A DNA stretch of 60,047 nt, the filler included, from Squatina squatina (Eukaryota): the NCBI GenBank assembly GCA_031763465.1. It is 4 parts of 4 records of this genome, joined end to end, with 100 filler letters (N's around TTAATTAATTAA, not from the genome) between each part and the next. Parts side by side here need not be neighbours in the genome. Positions count along the whole stretch, not along the records: positions 15,426 to 31,932 come from JARFOE010000234.1; positions 32,033 to 47,149 come from JARFOE010000189.1; 2 more parts are not named here. One strand, 5' to 3'. Numbering within the stretch: position 1 is the stretch's first letter; each line of letters opens with the position of its first letter. The notes below the pieces were generated by a model, which did not search any database, was not told where the DNA came from, and was given only the letters and a program-made list of their open reading frames with translations. This document shows, piece after piece, positions 24,153 through 36,659 of this stretch. The translations under genes and the position numbers were made by a program.

Positions 24153-25341
24153 GTAAGTACGAGCGGCCGGCCGGCGCCGCGCCCAGTATCGGGCAGCCCG
24201 CGGGCACCGCCAGCGACCAAAGCCCGGCCAGAAAGGACAAGACAATAGCGGAGCAGATTAAAGCTCCCCTGCGGGTGGGAAAAGGAAGACTTTGAGGTTA
24301 GGATAAAGAAGGAGGTGGGGAAGGAACATCCAACAGGGCCCGGGGCAGGAGAATGTGGGCTGATTTGAAAGCCTCTAGTCTAACCGGTTAATGTCATGAA
24401 CTTAGAGAGACGAGGGAGAGACATAATGCGAAAACATTGCAACCAAACGTTTAATGCACTGAACTGCTTTGCAATCTGCTGGTTTCTTGGCTGTAAATGC
24501 CTTCATTTTAGACGCGATTTGTCTGTGCACAATGCGGGTTGCTTTTCTGTATAACTGGCGAAGCGGTTGAATGGGGGGGGGAGAAAGACCCTTCNNNNNN
24601 NNNNNNNNNNNNNNNNNNNNNNNNNNNNNNNNNNNNNNNNNNNNNNNNNNNNNNNNNNNNNNNNNNNNNNNNNNNNNNNNNNNNNNNNNNNNNNCAACAG
24701 CATGTTGAGCTGAAACCAGATGAGCGAGAGCTTTGTGTGACAGGCTGTGCCTCTGTGATATCACCAGCATTCGGCTGCTTCAAATAACTCTGAGCCAAAA
24801 GGAAGGTAAAGGAAGGAAAATTCCCTAAAGAAGACCGAGTATCAATTATGATACCAAAAATGCCGTGGGACTCGCCTCTCTCTGAACTGAGATTGGGCAG
24901 TCTTATTCCAGCTCCGAGTGAGTGCTGTGTTATGGCCAGAATTTAGCATAAAATGTCAATCACAGCCAAAAGATGCCTCAAGGATATCTGGTGCGGGGGT
25001 GGGGGTGTTCCTTCTGACGTCTGGGTTAAGCCAAGTAATTAAGATCAACAGGAGGAAGCTTTATACCTCATTAAATTTATGCTATACCTGATCTGGGACG
25101 TTTGAAGCTGACACACTGTAAATTCTGCAGAGTTAAGGACTCAAATTCATCCTCCTCCAAAGATATAATAATAAAAACCCATCAGAAATAAACTAAAATT
25201 CCCAACTCAGCAGAGTTTTAAGGAAGAAAGAGCAGTGTTTCCTTCAGAATTTTGTTTGGTTTTAAATGGCAGTGCATTTTTTGTGTATGTTGGGCCTCTT
25301 TCCTGCCTTGCGTGGTCAAATTGGGCTGCAGTGAACTTGCT

Positions 25342-25526
25342 GGGAAATTTTGATACCGGGTGGTAAGTGTGAAATGGACGGTATCGAGTCACCCGCCAGT
25401 TTTACATCTCTCCCCAATTTCCATTTCCATTGACTTCGATTGAAATGAAAATCGGAGGAGCTGTATACCTGGCGGCTGAATCAATATCACCTGTTTTACA
25501 CAATCACCCCGGGTCAAAATTACTCC
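25342..25526. mobile_element. Fold-back palindromic MITE (~185 bp)
   Basis: Left arm GGGAAATTTTGATACCGGGTG...CACCCGCCAGTTTTACA aligns to the reverse complement of the right arm ending CCCGGGTCAAAATTACTCC; centre TTCCATTGACTTCGATTGAA. Confidence 0.75.
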
Positions 25527-25764
25527 TGCAGTGTCTATCCCTGAACTACACATGACAAGAGGGAAATGAGGTCCAGGGGCAAGGGAGAGGAACACGTAAC
25601 TATAATTCCCCAGACCTGTAAATTTCTTGTACTGAACTTGGTTCGGGGTTTATTGTATTCCAAGACTAAATGAAAAAGGAATAGCTTTTCTAAGGTTTAA
25701 ACAATTTTTTATACAGCAGCTCAGCCTCTAGTGGCCATCAATATAAGATAATCACTAATAAATC

Positions 25765-26125
25765 CAATCGGGAATTCAGGAGAAACTTCTTTACCTAGAG
25801 AGTGGTGAGAATGTGGAACTGGCTCCCACAGGGAGTGGTTGAGGCGAATAGTATNNNNNNNNNNNNNNNNNNNNNNNNNNNNNNNNNNNNNNNNNNNNNN
25901 NNNNNNNNNNNNNNNNNNNNNNNNNNNNNNNNNNNNNNNNNNNNNNNNNNNNNNCTCAGTTGCTGAGTATATTCAAGACAGAAATCGATAGATTTTTGAT
26001 GCTAAGGGAATCCAGGGATATGCAGATAGGACAGGAAAGTGGAGTTGAGGTTGAAGATCAGCCATGATCTTGTTGAATGGCGGAGCAGGTTTGAAGGGCT
26101 GAATGGCCTACTCCTATTTCTTACG
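25765..26125 (+). mobile_element. CR1 LINE 3' fragments either side of a gap
   Basis: AGAAACTTCTTTACCTAGAGAGTGGTGAGAATGTGG and tail GAATGGCGGAGCAGG...GAATGGCCTACTCCT. Confidence 0.75.
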
Positions 26126-26129
26126 TTCT

Positions 26130-26370
26130 TACTCCAAGTTCCCCTCCAAGTCACACACCATCCTGACTAGGAAATATATTGCTGTTCCTTCATTGTCACA
26201 GGGTCAAAATCCTGGCACTCCCTCCTTAATAGTACTGTGGGAGTACCTTTACCACATGGACTGCAGCATTCAAGAAGACAACTCACCACCACCTTCTCAA
26301 GGGCAGCTGGAATGGGCAATAAATGCTGGCCTTGCAGTGCCGCCCACATCCGTGAATGAATAATAAAAAA
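26130..26370 (+). mobile_element. LINE 3' end (second CR1-like family)
   Basis: Ends GGGCAATAAATGCTGGCCTTGC...CCCACATCCGTGAATGAATAATAAAAAA; similar piece at 5740-5823. Confidence 0.6.
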
Positions 26371-26548
26371 GAGGAAACCATTCGGCCCATTGTGCCTATG
26401 CTGTCTCTTTTGAAAGAGCTATACTCATGCTGTCTATTTTCCTTTCACGTACATAACGTTTGTTTTCTTTTTTTTGTGTGTGTGTGTTTTCCAGCTACAT
26501 CCGAGGGGATGCTGTTCGTGTAGGCGGACTATACTTTGGGATTCCAAC

Positions 26549-26974
26549 ATGAACAAGCCAGAGGAAGTGGTGGAGAGAGATGAGGAGCCCGGGAACGGGG
26601 AGGTGAACGAGGCAGTGGAGGCTGACCTCCAGCACTTGGAAGAGGAGGAGGACGCTGGGCGCTGCGGAGGCGGCAAAAGGGGAGCAAGGGCGCGGCCGGG
26701 AGACGAGGAGGGGACCCTGGCCAGGTCGGCCAGCACCGAGAGCGGCTTCCACAACCACACGGACAGGGCGGAGGACGACGTGATCTGCACACAGGGCGAT
26801 CCCTACGGGTCCCGGGAGAGACTCCAGGAGAACGAGGAGGACGAGAGATCTTACGCTGTCCACTGCCGGCCAGAGGCGGAGGAGTACACGGAGAACGCCG
26901 AGTCTGAGCACGCGGAAGCTGCCGAGAATCGGACTCTCCCGAATACTTTGCAATTCAACATCGTGGACCACGAA
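26549..26974 (+). CDS. APBA1: APBA1 (X11alpha/Mint1) first coding exon, truncated by gap
   Basis: Acceptor ending 26494; MNKPEEVVE...GEVNEAVEADL...LARSASTESGFHNHTD...RPEAEEYTE matches the APBA1 N-terminus. Confidence 0.93.
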
Positions 26975-27074
26975 NNNNNNNNNNNNNNNNNNNNNNNNNN
27001 NNNNNNNNNNNNNNNNNNNNNNNNNNNNNNNNNNNNNNNNNNNNNNNNNNNNNNNNNNNNNNNNNNNNNNNNNN

Positions 27075-27376
27075 GATAATCTGTTTGAGTGATGTTGATC
27101 GAGGGATAAATATTGGTCCAAGACCCCGGGGATAACTCCCCTGCTCTTTGAAGTAGTGCCATGGGATCTTTTATGTCCATCTGAGAGGGCAGGAGCCTCA
27201 GTTTAACGCCTCATCTGAAAGATGGCACCCCTGACATTGCAGCACTCCCTCAGTGCTGCACTGGGAGTGTCAGCCTAGATTTCTTTTTTGAGTTCAAGTC
27301 TCTGAGATTGGGACTTAAACCCACAACTTTCTGATTCAGACGGGAAAGTGCAACCCACTGAGCTACTGCTGACACT
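27075..27376 (-). mobile_element. Deu-type SINE
   Basis: Reverse-complement match to 176-470. Confidence 0.8.
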
Positions 27377-28280
27377 TAATGTAAACAGTGAAACAAGTAA
27401 GTGTAACTAGTTTGTTCTTATGCTGATATATTGTCTATTAGAAATTGTGCCTTTATTTTCTTCGAAGGCTGCACAGGCATGGGAAGTATTCTACAGGGTT
27501 AAACCTTGTTGATGTGAAACCTGACAGGTTAGAGTTATCCCATTACAAGTCACTCTAGAGTATCTAAGCGCGCTGTGACACCAGATAACTGTCTGCTGGT
27601 CCCAGGACGCACTTCAGTCGAAAGGCTGGTACGGACAGCAGGAGGAGAGAGAAAATTAGGGGCGAAGACAAAGGGACCTCTTCGATTGGAAAACATAATG
27701 GAAAACTTCTGGATGTTTCCAGTAGATGATCAGGATGAAGAGGTTTGTCAGGATTAGAGGGCCCTGAGCATCACTTTATAGCATTGCAGATTTTAGATAT
27801 TTTTATGTGATTTATTTATTTCTTTTTCCCTCTAATGACACTATTTTGAGATGAATTCCAATTGTCAGGAGGTGTGATCAGTAACTGAGCAATTTTCAAC
27901 AATATTTCTGTTGACGCAGTATTAAAATCGAAGGAACAAGTGTTTTTAAAAAAAAATGCTAGGTTTGTGAAGTACTTCCGTTTTGTGGGAACATTACTGG
28001 GCAAATTCTGAAACAAACAAACTCGACCAAATATCGTCCAAATTGTGTGTGCTTGCAAGTTGGTATTTTATAGATATATTCAACTGTTGCTTTTTAAAAA
28101 AAAAACAGTATGTATTTTAATGCGATAGAATCACTTTGTGTTTTCAAAAGTTTGAAGATTGCTCCCTGAAGGGTTTTAGGCATCTGCTGGAAAGCTTCGT
28201 TGGGGCTGATTTCTCTGCTGCGATGTGACCAGGCTTTTGACAATGTGTTGTTTTTTCTCTCCTCCCCACCTTGTCTTTAG

Positions 28281-28385
28281 CAATCAGCCTCACCTGGTTC
28301 CTCTTCCCCCCGGGGTGCAGAGTCATCCATGACGCAGCATCGATCTGACATACATGATGCAGCAGAAACGTCAGCCAATCGAGAG
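28281..28385 (+). CDS. APBA1: APBA1 internal exon
   Basis: TTGTCTTTAG acceptor, GT donor at 28386, 105 bp: QSASPGSSSPRGAESS...AETSANRE resembles human SPGSSSPLGAESS...EASTNKE. Confidence 0.85.
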
Positions 28386-28980
28386 GTACACACTGCACTT
28401 GGCAGCGTCGAATATATGGTACTTTCAGGCCCCGGGGGGGCGGGGGGGGGGGGGGGGGGGGGGCGGNNNNNNNNNNNNNNNNNNNNNNNNNNNNNNNNNN
28501 NNNNNNNNNNNNNNNNNNNNNNNNNNNNNNNNNNNNNNNNNNNNNNNNNNNNNNNNNNNNNNNNNNGTTCCCCAAATGGCAAACCCATTTGTTTTAAAAC
28601 AAGCAGATGTGTAATTAGGATGCCTCTCCTGTCGGGATTGCACATCAGGAATTTGGGCACTCGCTCCCCAAGATTTACTGCCGATTGAAGTGAATGGACG
28701 GGGCATTATGTGAAGCCTGTGCCTGAACTCCCCTCTGGACAGCCATATTCATCACATGACCCCACGCTCCCACCATTGGTCACCCAACGTTCCCATCCTC
28801 GCGGTCCCTGACCCCTCACTCCCGCGACAGGAGCCTGAGTTTGTACAATTACCCCATCAGCATTGAGAATATAGATGCTTGTCAATGGCCATAGCTTCCG
28901 CTTATGTTACAGGTGCATTTAATGCTTGTAAATGGCATCCTCATGTGCAGATTAATGACCGGTTTCTGATTATATTTCAG

Positions 28981-29091
28981 ATCTGTAGCCTTATGCGAGG
29001 AGGAATTGCAGAGCGAGGTGGAGTAAGAGTTGGCCATCGGATCATAGAAATCAATGGGCAAAGTGTCGTTGCTACACCTCACGAAAAGATA
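28981..29091 (+). CDS. APBA1: APBA1 PDZ2 exon, truncated by gap
   Basis: TTTCAG acceptor then [37 protein letters not shown]. Confidence 0.95.
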
Positions 29092-29439
29092 NNNNNNNNN
29101 NNNNNNNNNNNNNNNNNNNNNNNNNNNNNNNNNNNNNNNNNNNNNNNNNNNNNNNNNNNNNNNNNNNNNNNNNNNNNNNNNNNNNNNNNNNTGAAGTGCC
29201 TTGGGGTGTTTTACTACGTTAAAGACGCTATTTAAATGCAAGTTGTTGGTTTCTGTCTTGATCTTTCTCTTTTAGATGCCGACTGACCTGTTGTGTGCTT
29301 CCAGCACGCTCAGGTTGTTAGTGAGCAGGGAACAAAGTTTGTTTTGACACTGTATCTCATTAGATGTCACCCGTTGTATCTGCCTCCCTGGCACTGGGTA
29401 TGTAGAAAATCATCCTGATCTGCCTGTCTTCTACCCTAG

Positions 29440-29511
29440 ATCCACATGAAGACAATGCCTGCTGCCATGTACAGACTGCTGACTGCGCAAGAACAGCCAG
29501 TTTACATCTGA
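29440..29511 (+). CDS. APBA1: APBA1 terminal coding exon
   Basis: CCCTAG acceptor then IHMKTMPAAMYRLLTAQEQPVYI-stop, the conserved Mint C-terminus. Confidence 0.95.
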   Translation: MHMKTMPAAMYRLLTAQEQPVYI

Positions 29512-30149
29512 ATGGGCTGTTACCGAGACCCGGTGTGCAAAGTGGATATGTCTGTGTGGTTTGGTTGTGTTAATCATTGCTGCATTTCTGCAGCAGAAAC
29601 TTCAATTTTTTTTTAAAACGTGCTTTGTTTGACAAAAATCTGTTAAAATGTTTGATGCCTTTCAGAGATGCAGCTTTGTGTGGTTTATATAGAAATGANN
29701 NNNNNNNNNNNNNNNNNNNNNNNNNNNNNNNNNNNNNNNNNNNNNNNNNNNNNNNNNNNNNNNNNNNNNNNNNNNNNNNNNNNNNNNNNNNNNNNNNNAC
29801 GCTTTGTGCATTTGAAACACTTTCTTTTTGGTCCGTACTGATTTAATGAATCCCATTTGGTTTGGTTTTCTTACTTGGTCAGGATTCACCCAGAATTTTA
29901 GTTAAGAGTTTCCCAATGGCACTTTGCTGTTTCTCAGTGAGTTCCTTGTTAAGTCTGAACTGTACCTTAAGCACAAGTCGGACAGTGTCACAGGAGACGG
30001 AGAGAACCGGGTATAATATCAGAATCTCCTTCTTATCGGTACATTTTGTTGCCTGGTTGTCTTCACAGCAGAAGCAACTATTGCCCTCAACAATCTTGAC
30101 CTTTCAAAACAAAGAGAAAAAAAACATCAGAGGTATGATAATTATGCAA

Positions 30150-30330
30150 CACCTGCCTTTTTACCTCCTCCTTTCCCACTGTCCAGGGCCCCAAACACTC
30201 CTTCCAAGTGAAACAGAGATTTACTTGTACTTCTTCCAATTTAGTATACTGTATTTGCTGCTCACGATGCAGTCTCCTCTACATTGGGAAGACCAAATGC
30301 AGATTGGTGACCATTTTGCAGAACACCTTC
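30150..30330 (+). mobile_element. Penelope-like element GIY-YIG endonuclease fragment
   Basis: KQRFTCTSSNLVYCICCSRCSLLYIGKTKCRL: (V)Y...CxxC...YIG motif. Confidence 0.8.
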
Positions 30331-30588
30331 NNNNNNNNNNNNNNNNNNNNNNNNNNNNNNNNNNNNNNNNNNNNNNNNNNNNNNNNNNNNNNNNNNNNNN
30401 NNNNNNNNNNNNNNNNNNNNNNNNNNNNNNAGGTAAAATCCGGTCACCAGGAATGTAAACTTGTAAAATCCACATACCTTATACCTAGTTCCACAGCAGA
30501 ATTGGATAAGGTTACAAGCAGGCCCCCTTCCATCTCCCCTGCTTAGATTTAAAATGGTGTGTGGTAAAAATTGGGGAAAATAACAATG

Positions 30589-31390
30589 GGCCAGATTTTG
30601 CTGTAACAGTGGGGTTAATGGCACTCACCGTTATTTATATGTATATGGTACAGCAACTTCAGGCAAGGAACAGATACACGATTAAATACCAATATCCAAA
30701 AGTTGTTGTCTGAGTTGAGCCACTCTGCCATTAGCTTCTCCAGCTCAAATAATCATGTGGCCTGAAAGTGATTTCCAACAGTTCTTTTTTTAAGGAAAGA
30801 ATATATTGGCCCAGAACTTGTGGTTGTAATGACGGCGAAACTGTAAGCACTCGCCGTTATTACTGTGTCAACCTGACAGCAACTTCTAGCACAATTAAAC
30901 ACACACATCCAGAAGTTGTTGTCAGTGACACCCTGCTCCTCCACAGGGTGCGCTGTTGCAGTCTTCGCAGCTGCAATCAACACAGAATCAGTGAATTGAT
31001 GTGAACTTCAAATTTTTAGGCACCAGTCTCGCTAATAAAGTTCATTTCAATGATAAAGTTAAGCCTTGCTGAATGAGGTGTAACTGAGATTTTAACGGCG
31101 CACTAAGTAATAATTACTGCTGAACAACCTCTCTGGCCATGAAAAACTAATTTTTGGGTGTGGAGTGTCATTGCCTCCATTTCATGATAAAAATTCCATA
31201 GATTTTTTAAATAATTTTTTTTTAAGTTTATAATATTTTAGCTTTTATCTGAATCCCATGTGTTTATCCCAATCTTTATTTCACTCTCTGTAAAATGATT
31301 AAAATGTGAATGCTAATCAGTACTTTTTACTTCCTGGCTTGCTGTGTGAGAATTCTTCAATCTGATTGGCTGGTCAGCCTGCTCGATGAC
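30589..31390. mobile_element. Probable non-autonomous DNA transposon (GGGCCAGATTTT terminus)
   Basis: Begins GGGCCAGATTTTGCTG, resembling Harbinger-type ends seen elsewhere in the window; other end not identified. Confidence 0.4.
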
Positions 31391-31392
31391 TT

Positions 31393-31932
31393 CATAGAAT
31401 GGTTACAGCACAGTACAAGGCCATTCGGCTTGTCAAGCCAATGCTGGTTCTTTGAAAGAGCACTTCAGTTAGTCCCACTCCCTTGCCCTTTTCCCCATAG
31501 CCCTGCAATTCTTCTTTCTTCAGGTGCTTATCCAATTCCCTTTTGAAAGCCATGATTGAATCTGCCTCCACCACCCTTTCAGGCAGTTCATTTCAGATCA
31601 CAACCACTCACTATGTAAAAATTTTTTTCCTCATATTGCCTTTGGATCTTCTGCCAATCACCTTAAATTTGTCTGCTCTGGTTCTTGACCCTTCCGCTAA
31701 GTTTCTCTCTATCTATTCTGTCTAAACCCCTCATGATTTTGAACACCTCAATCAAATCTCCTCTCAATCTTCTCTGCTCTCAGAACAGCCCAGCTTCTCC
31801 AGTCTATCCATGTAACTGAAGTTCCTCATCCCTGGAACCATTCTTGTAAATCTTTTCTGCAACATCTCTAAGGCCTTCACATCCTTCCTAAAGTGCAGTG
31901 CCCAGAATTGGACACAATACTCCAGTTGTGGC
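31393..31932 (-). mobile_element. CR1 LINE 3' end
   Basis: Minus ORF MVEADSIMAFKRELDKHLK; same family as 15072-15325. Confidence 0.85.
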
Positions 31933-31976
31933 NNNNNNNNNNNNNNNNNNNNNNNNNNNNNNNNNNNNNNNNNNNN

Positions 31977-31988
31977 TTAATTAATTAA
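31977..31988. other. Artificial spacer TTAATTAATTAA (segment 2/3 junction)
   Basis: Centred in N run. Confidence 0.95.
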
Positions 31989-33941
31989 NNNNNNNNNNNN
32001 NNNNNNNNNNNNNNNNNNNNNNNNNNNNNNNNCCTGTGTGTGTGACATTACAGCTGAAACTGCTACTCTCCCACAGCTATGGATTTGCTATATTGATGTG
32101 CCTTGTGGCTATAATGCTGCACTTATTCCCTAATTGCCAGACTGCAGCTGAACTGTGTTCCTTTCATATAGCACCAAGTTTGAATTGGTGCAGTAACAAG
32201 TTTGTGCGTGTTTCTGGTTTCATTAATGATTATTTCCCTTGTAATTCCCAAATATGCAAGTTTATTGGAAAACAAACCTCCACATAGCTGATTTGGTATC
32301 GGGGAATAAACTGACAATTTCTCCTCTTCATCTTTGTGTTGCTTACACATGTAGATTACAGGTAACATATTTTCCCATGGGCATTTCATGAACTCTTATT
32401 CCCAGTATATTAAAATCAACACTAGATTTTTACTTACTAACGTTTAGATGAATGGGTAATTTAATATTCACCTGGAAATGAAAACCTTTCCCAAAAAAAA
32501 TTTGATCAGCCTCAGCATGGCTCAGTGGAAAATCCATTCTGGTTCCTGATTATTACCAGTGACGTTGCTGGGAATTTGGTGTGTGGATCCAGGGGAAGGG
32601 GAGGAGTTGGCTCACTGTTTTGGTCACAATGGTGAATAGCTGTGAATGCTCATTGTTCCATTCTGTTAATTGAAAAAGGTGAACACAATTTGATTGCATA
32701 GAAAAAAAATTTGAGTTGAAGTCAACAAATGATACTGAAACTACAAAGTAGTTTAAAGACCGTATCCAGCTTTCGTCCACACACTCCGATGAATAAATGT
32801 GTTCTCTGGAGTGCAAAGGAGGGGTGAAAATGATTGCCATTGTTCCAGTCTAATTGCTGTGGTATCAACTAAGCAGCTTCTTCTGGAAATTAAAGCAGAG
32901 GTCCTTTGTAGAAATAGGTAGTCGATACCAAATAGTAGATCTCAGATAGTGGTGTTCGTAGCTGGGCTGTAGATGAGGATCATGTGGGGACAGATGGGGT
33001 AGTTGTCTGGTTTAGTGTGAAGTGGGGAGGCTCAGTCTGGGCTTGGGGCAGAGAAATCTGGTCACGCGTGGCACTCATGGAGTTGCTGTTAATGAGATGC
33101 CAGCATCTGTGTGGACGCAAGCCGAGCTAAGGTGGGTAAGGGCAATGTGGCTGCGGTATGATTTGATTCACCAGCCATCCTGACCGCATACTGTTGAGGT
33201 CAGTGTTGCCTCTAAACTACCATCTTACACAAAACCTTTAATACAGATTTGGAACAAGACTTCACTTTCCCTGGAGAATGCTGGCTTTGTGGAATTAAAT
33301 GCTACACAATGCAATTAATACGAAAAGACTTGAAATTTGCTTTGGGAATATAAGGAGTGCAACAATTTATAGTGGGCACATTTTGAAAATCAGATGGCAG
33401 AAAATAGGTTTCAATTGTGTGTACTGGATAGTGAGACAGTCATTAGATTATTAAGGAAAGGGATAAAGTGGCTATATTTAATGTTTGATTACCTATGTAT
33501 ATCCTTAAGTTTTTGAATGTCTAATGCATCAGAATAAAGTAAAAAATCCAACCTGTTGGTGCTTTTGTTTTTTTTCAAATTGTTGTTAACTTGTAAATCC
33601 TGCCAGTAGGTATACCGGTGTAAAATTAGCAGACACATGGGCTCTGGAACCTTACCAGTACAAATGATCCAATATACCATAGTAAAGTGAGATTACCAGG
33701 CATTTTGGTTACCTGTCATTTAAAATGCTGGTGGGTTTATATCCTCATTGTTGCATTACATAATTGGTCACTGCTAATTGATACTCTGAAATGACAGTGT
33801 ACAGCCAGGCATCCATAATGCCTTTGTTGCAAGGAATTGGAGTAAACTGTGCCAGAGTACCTGGGGTACTAGAAACTGAGCTTTTCAAAGCAATTATGCT
33901 GTAGTATTGAACAATATACCATATATATTTTCTTTTTTTAG

Positions 33942-34202
<261 letters not shown>

Positions 34203-34423
34203 TAAAATACTGCAAATCATTGGAATAGTGCTCTAGTGTATTACAACAGCATCTGGAATACAAACATTTTCAACTGATATTTCTAACTCGTTCTGGTAAT
34301 GGTCAAATGTGCTTTCCCGATATNNNNNNNNNNNNNNNNNNNNNNNNNNNNNNNNNNNNNNNNNNNNNNNNNNNNNNNNNNNNNNNNNNNNNNNNNNNNN
34401 NNNNNNNNNNNNNNNNNNNNNNN

Positions 34424-34700
34424 CCGTGCTTCTGCCTAATTAACCATCCTGTCTATATTATCCTGAAGTTTACAACTACCCTGCTCACTATTTACTACAT
34501 TGCCATGTTTCATATCATCTGCAAATTTTATAATGCTGCTCCCTACACCCGAGTCTAGATCATTTATAAAAATTGGAAAGAATAATGGACCCAAATCTGA
34601 CCCTGGGGGAACACCACTGCAAACCACCTCCTAGTCTGAAAAACATCTATCCACCATTACCCTCTGCTTCCTGCCACTGAGCCAATTCCGTACTCATACC
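34424..34700 (-). mobile_element. CR1 reverse transcriptase fragment
   Basis: GVPPGSDLGPLFFPIFINDLDSGVGSSIIKFADD (RT motifs). Confidence 0.9.
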
Positions 34701-36069
34701 GGCACTTTCCCATTTAATTCCAGTTTTACAAAAAGTGGAGACAGATCTGGTGTGTACGTAGGAAATTTTTTCCTTTTGTGTTATGTTGCCAACAGTAGGT
34801 GCTAACTTACCTGTACAAAGGGTTTATGCCCTGCCCCTTTAAATCCATATAACAACAGATCAGTCTGTTATCAGCGCGGAGGAATTTTGAAAAGGTTTGC
34901 ATAAAATGCATGTTTTGGGAAAAGGGATTAGAAAGGATGCACAGAAAGGAAAAAAAAATCCATAGTCTGGTTCCAGTACCACCTACAGCTCATTGCACCT
35001 TTCTGTAAGGCATCAAGCCTAGCAGATTGTGCAGTCAGCTGCTACTGCTGCTTGCTTTTTGTGCTTTCAAAGCACACTGGTGCTAGAAAAGGCAGCTGGA
35101 TTGAGGAATTCTTTCTGGGAGGAGGCTTGAACCTTGGACAAAAAAACAGCTTACTGGCCCATAGATGTACAGATTGTGGAATCTATGTAGGGCAAATCTT
35201 CAAGTTTTTTCCTTCCTTTCTTAGGGGGTGTCGCAAGCTGGAGTCCCTTGGTAAAAATGGCTCAATCTTATAAATGTGGCAGCATGCCCGCTCAAAGTTA
35301 TGACAGTTNNNNNNNNNNNNNNNNNNNNNNNNNNNNNNNNNNNNNNNNNNNNNNNNNNNNNNNNNNNNNNNNNNNNNNNNNNNNNNNNNNNNNNNNNNNN
35401 NNNNNNNNTGACAGTTAATGTAAAAAGGAGAATTTTACAATGATTTAATAAGTTAGCTAGAATTATTTTAATTGGTGCTGCTCCACTATGTCCTGTGTAA
35501 CCGAGGCCAGTGCTTGAAGTTGATCACTCTTTTGTTAGTACTGTTTTGGACTTTAAGTCAGTATCTATATAAATTACCTTCTTTACGTTTGTGTAGTACT
35601 AGCTGTTTTATTTCTATTGGCAAGATGCCGTCTTTCTCCAGATCTAGTATTGGCATATGATACGTAGTAAGGGAAAATTTGGATTGGGAGTATGCAGCAT
35701 GTTTAGGTGGCGTGTGTCACATACATAATGTGTGTTGCGTGCAAGTAGACAGGGAAAACTGTTGCAACCAATGTTTCAACAGGATAAACAGGTTTTAACA
35801 AAAGGTCACAGTATGCACAGGATTTTAACATTAATAATAGGTTTTGTATTCATGTTCTAGGAAGCTGTGTATACCTTACTCATCTGTAACAGCATGAAAT
35901 GAAGTCTGTTGTGCTCTGTTGGTTAATGTGTTAAACCGGTAGTCGTCGTCATTTCCTGTAATTGTAGAAAAATAGAACTGCATACTCTCATGGGGCCCAG
36001 CCAAATGGAGTTACACAGACGTGGTAAAAGTCGGATGTGAGAATCCCTTTATGTCCTCTTTTGAGAGAG

Positions 36070-36160
36070 AAAAACAGACTGTTTTTCTCTCCACAGATGC
36101 TGAGTTTCTCCAGCATTTTTTGTTTGTATTCTAGATTCCAGCATCTGCAGTATTTCGCTT
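36070..36160 (+). mobile_element. Short Penelope-associated terminal repeat fragment
   Basis: CTCTCCACAGATGCTG...TCCAGCATTTT...TTCCAGCATCTGCAG, inverse orientation of 46655-46760. Confidence 0.55.
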
Positions 36161-36569
36161 CAACAATCCCTTGAATGTAGTTTCAGTCCTTTTGCCATTG
36201 AGCTACTTGGTTGATTGAAGTGTAAATAAATTGATGAATTAAGTTCATGTTCTAGCAGGTACTTTAATCAAGTAATTAGTGCATGCCCACTCAAAAGCTA
36301 GTGTTTTTATTTTGTCATTGGCAGCAAGATGTGCAAGTCTTCCTTCATGCAAGATGTAGTTGTGGACTCGGCCTAAGTTTTCCCCAATATGAATTGCTCT
36401 TGCGCTCTTGTGCACATATTCGAACTAGAAATGTCTGTTGTAATTGCACTTGCAATTTATAAAGGGTTTGGCACAAGTGTAAACACCAGTGCTTTAATGT
36501 GGCACTACATCAAAATCTTTGGTGCATTCTTGTAACATTATAGAAAATAAAGGAGTTGGGTAAATAGCA

Positions 36570-36659
36570 TGTGAGATCTTTGACTTTATTAATAGGGGAC
36601 TAGAATACAAAAGCAAGGAAGTTTTGCTAAGCCTTTATAAAACACTGAGTAGGCCTCAA
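36570..36659 (+). mobile_element. CR1 LINE fragment
   Basis: FINRGLEYKSKEVLLSLYKTLSRPQ-type frame. Confidence 0.7.

Noticed and set aside
28435-28466. Poly-G run / G-quadruplex or polyproline ORF
   Set aside because: Sits at a contig end next to a gap; could be a sequencing artefact or simple homopolymer
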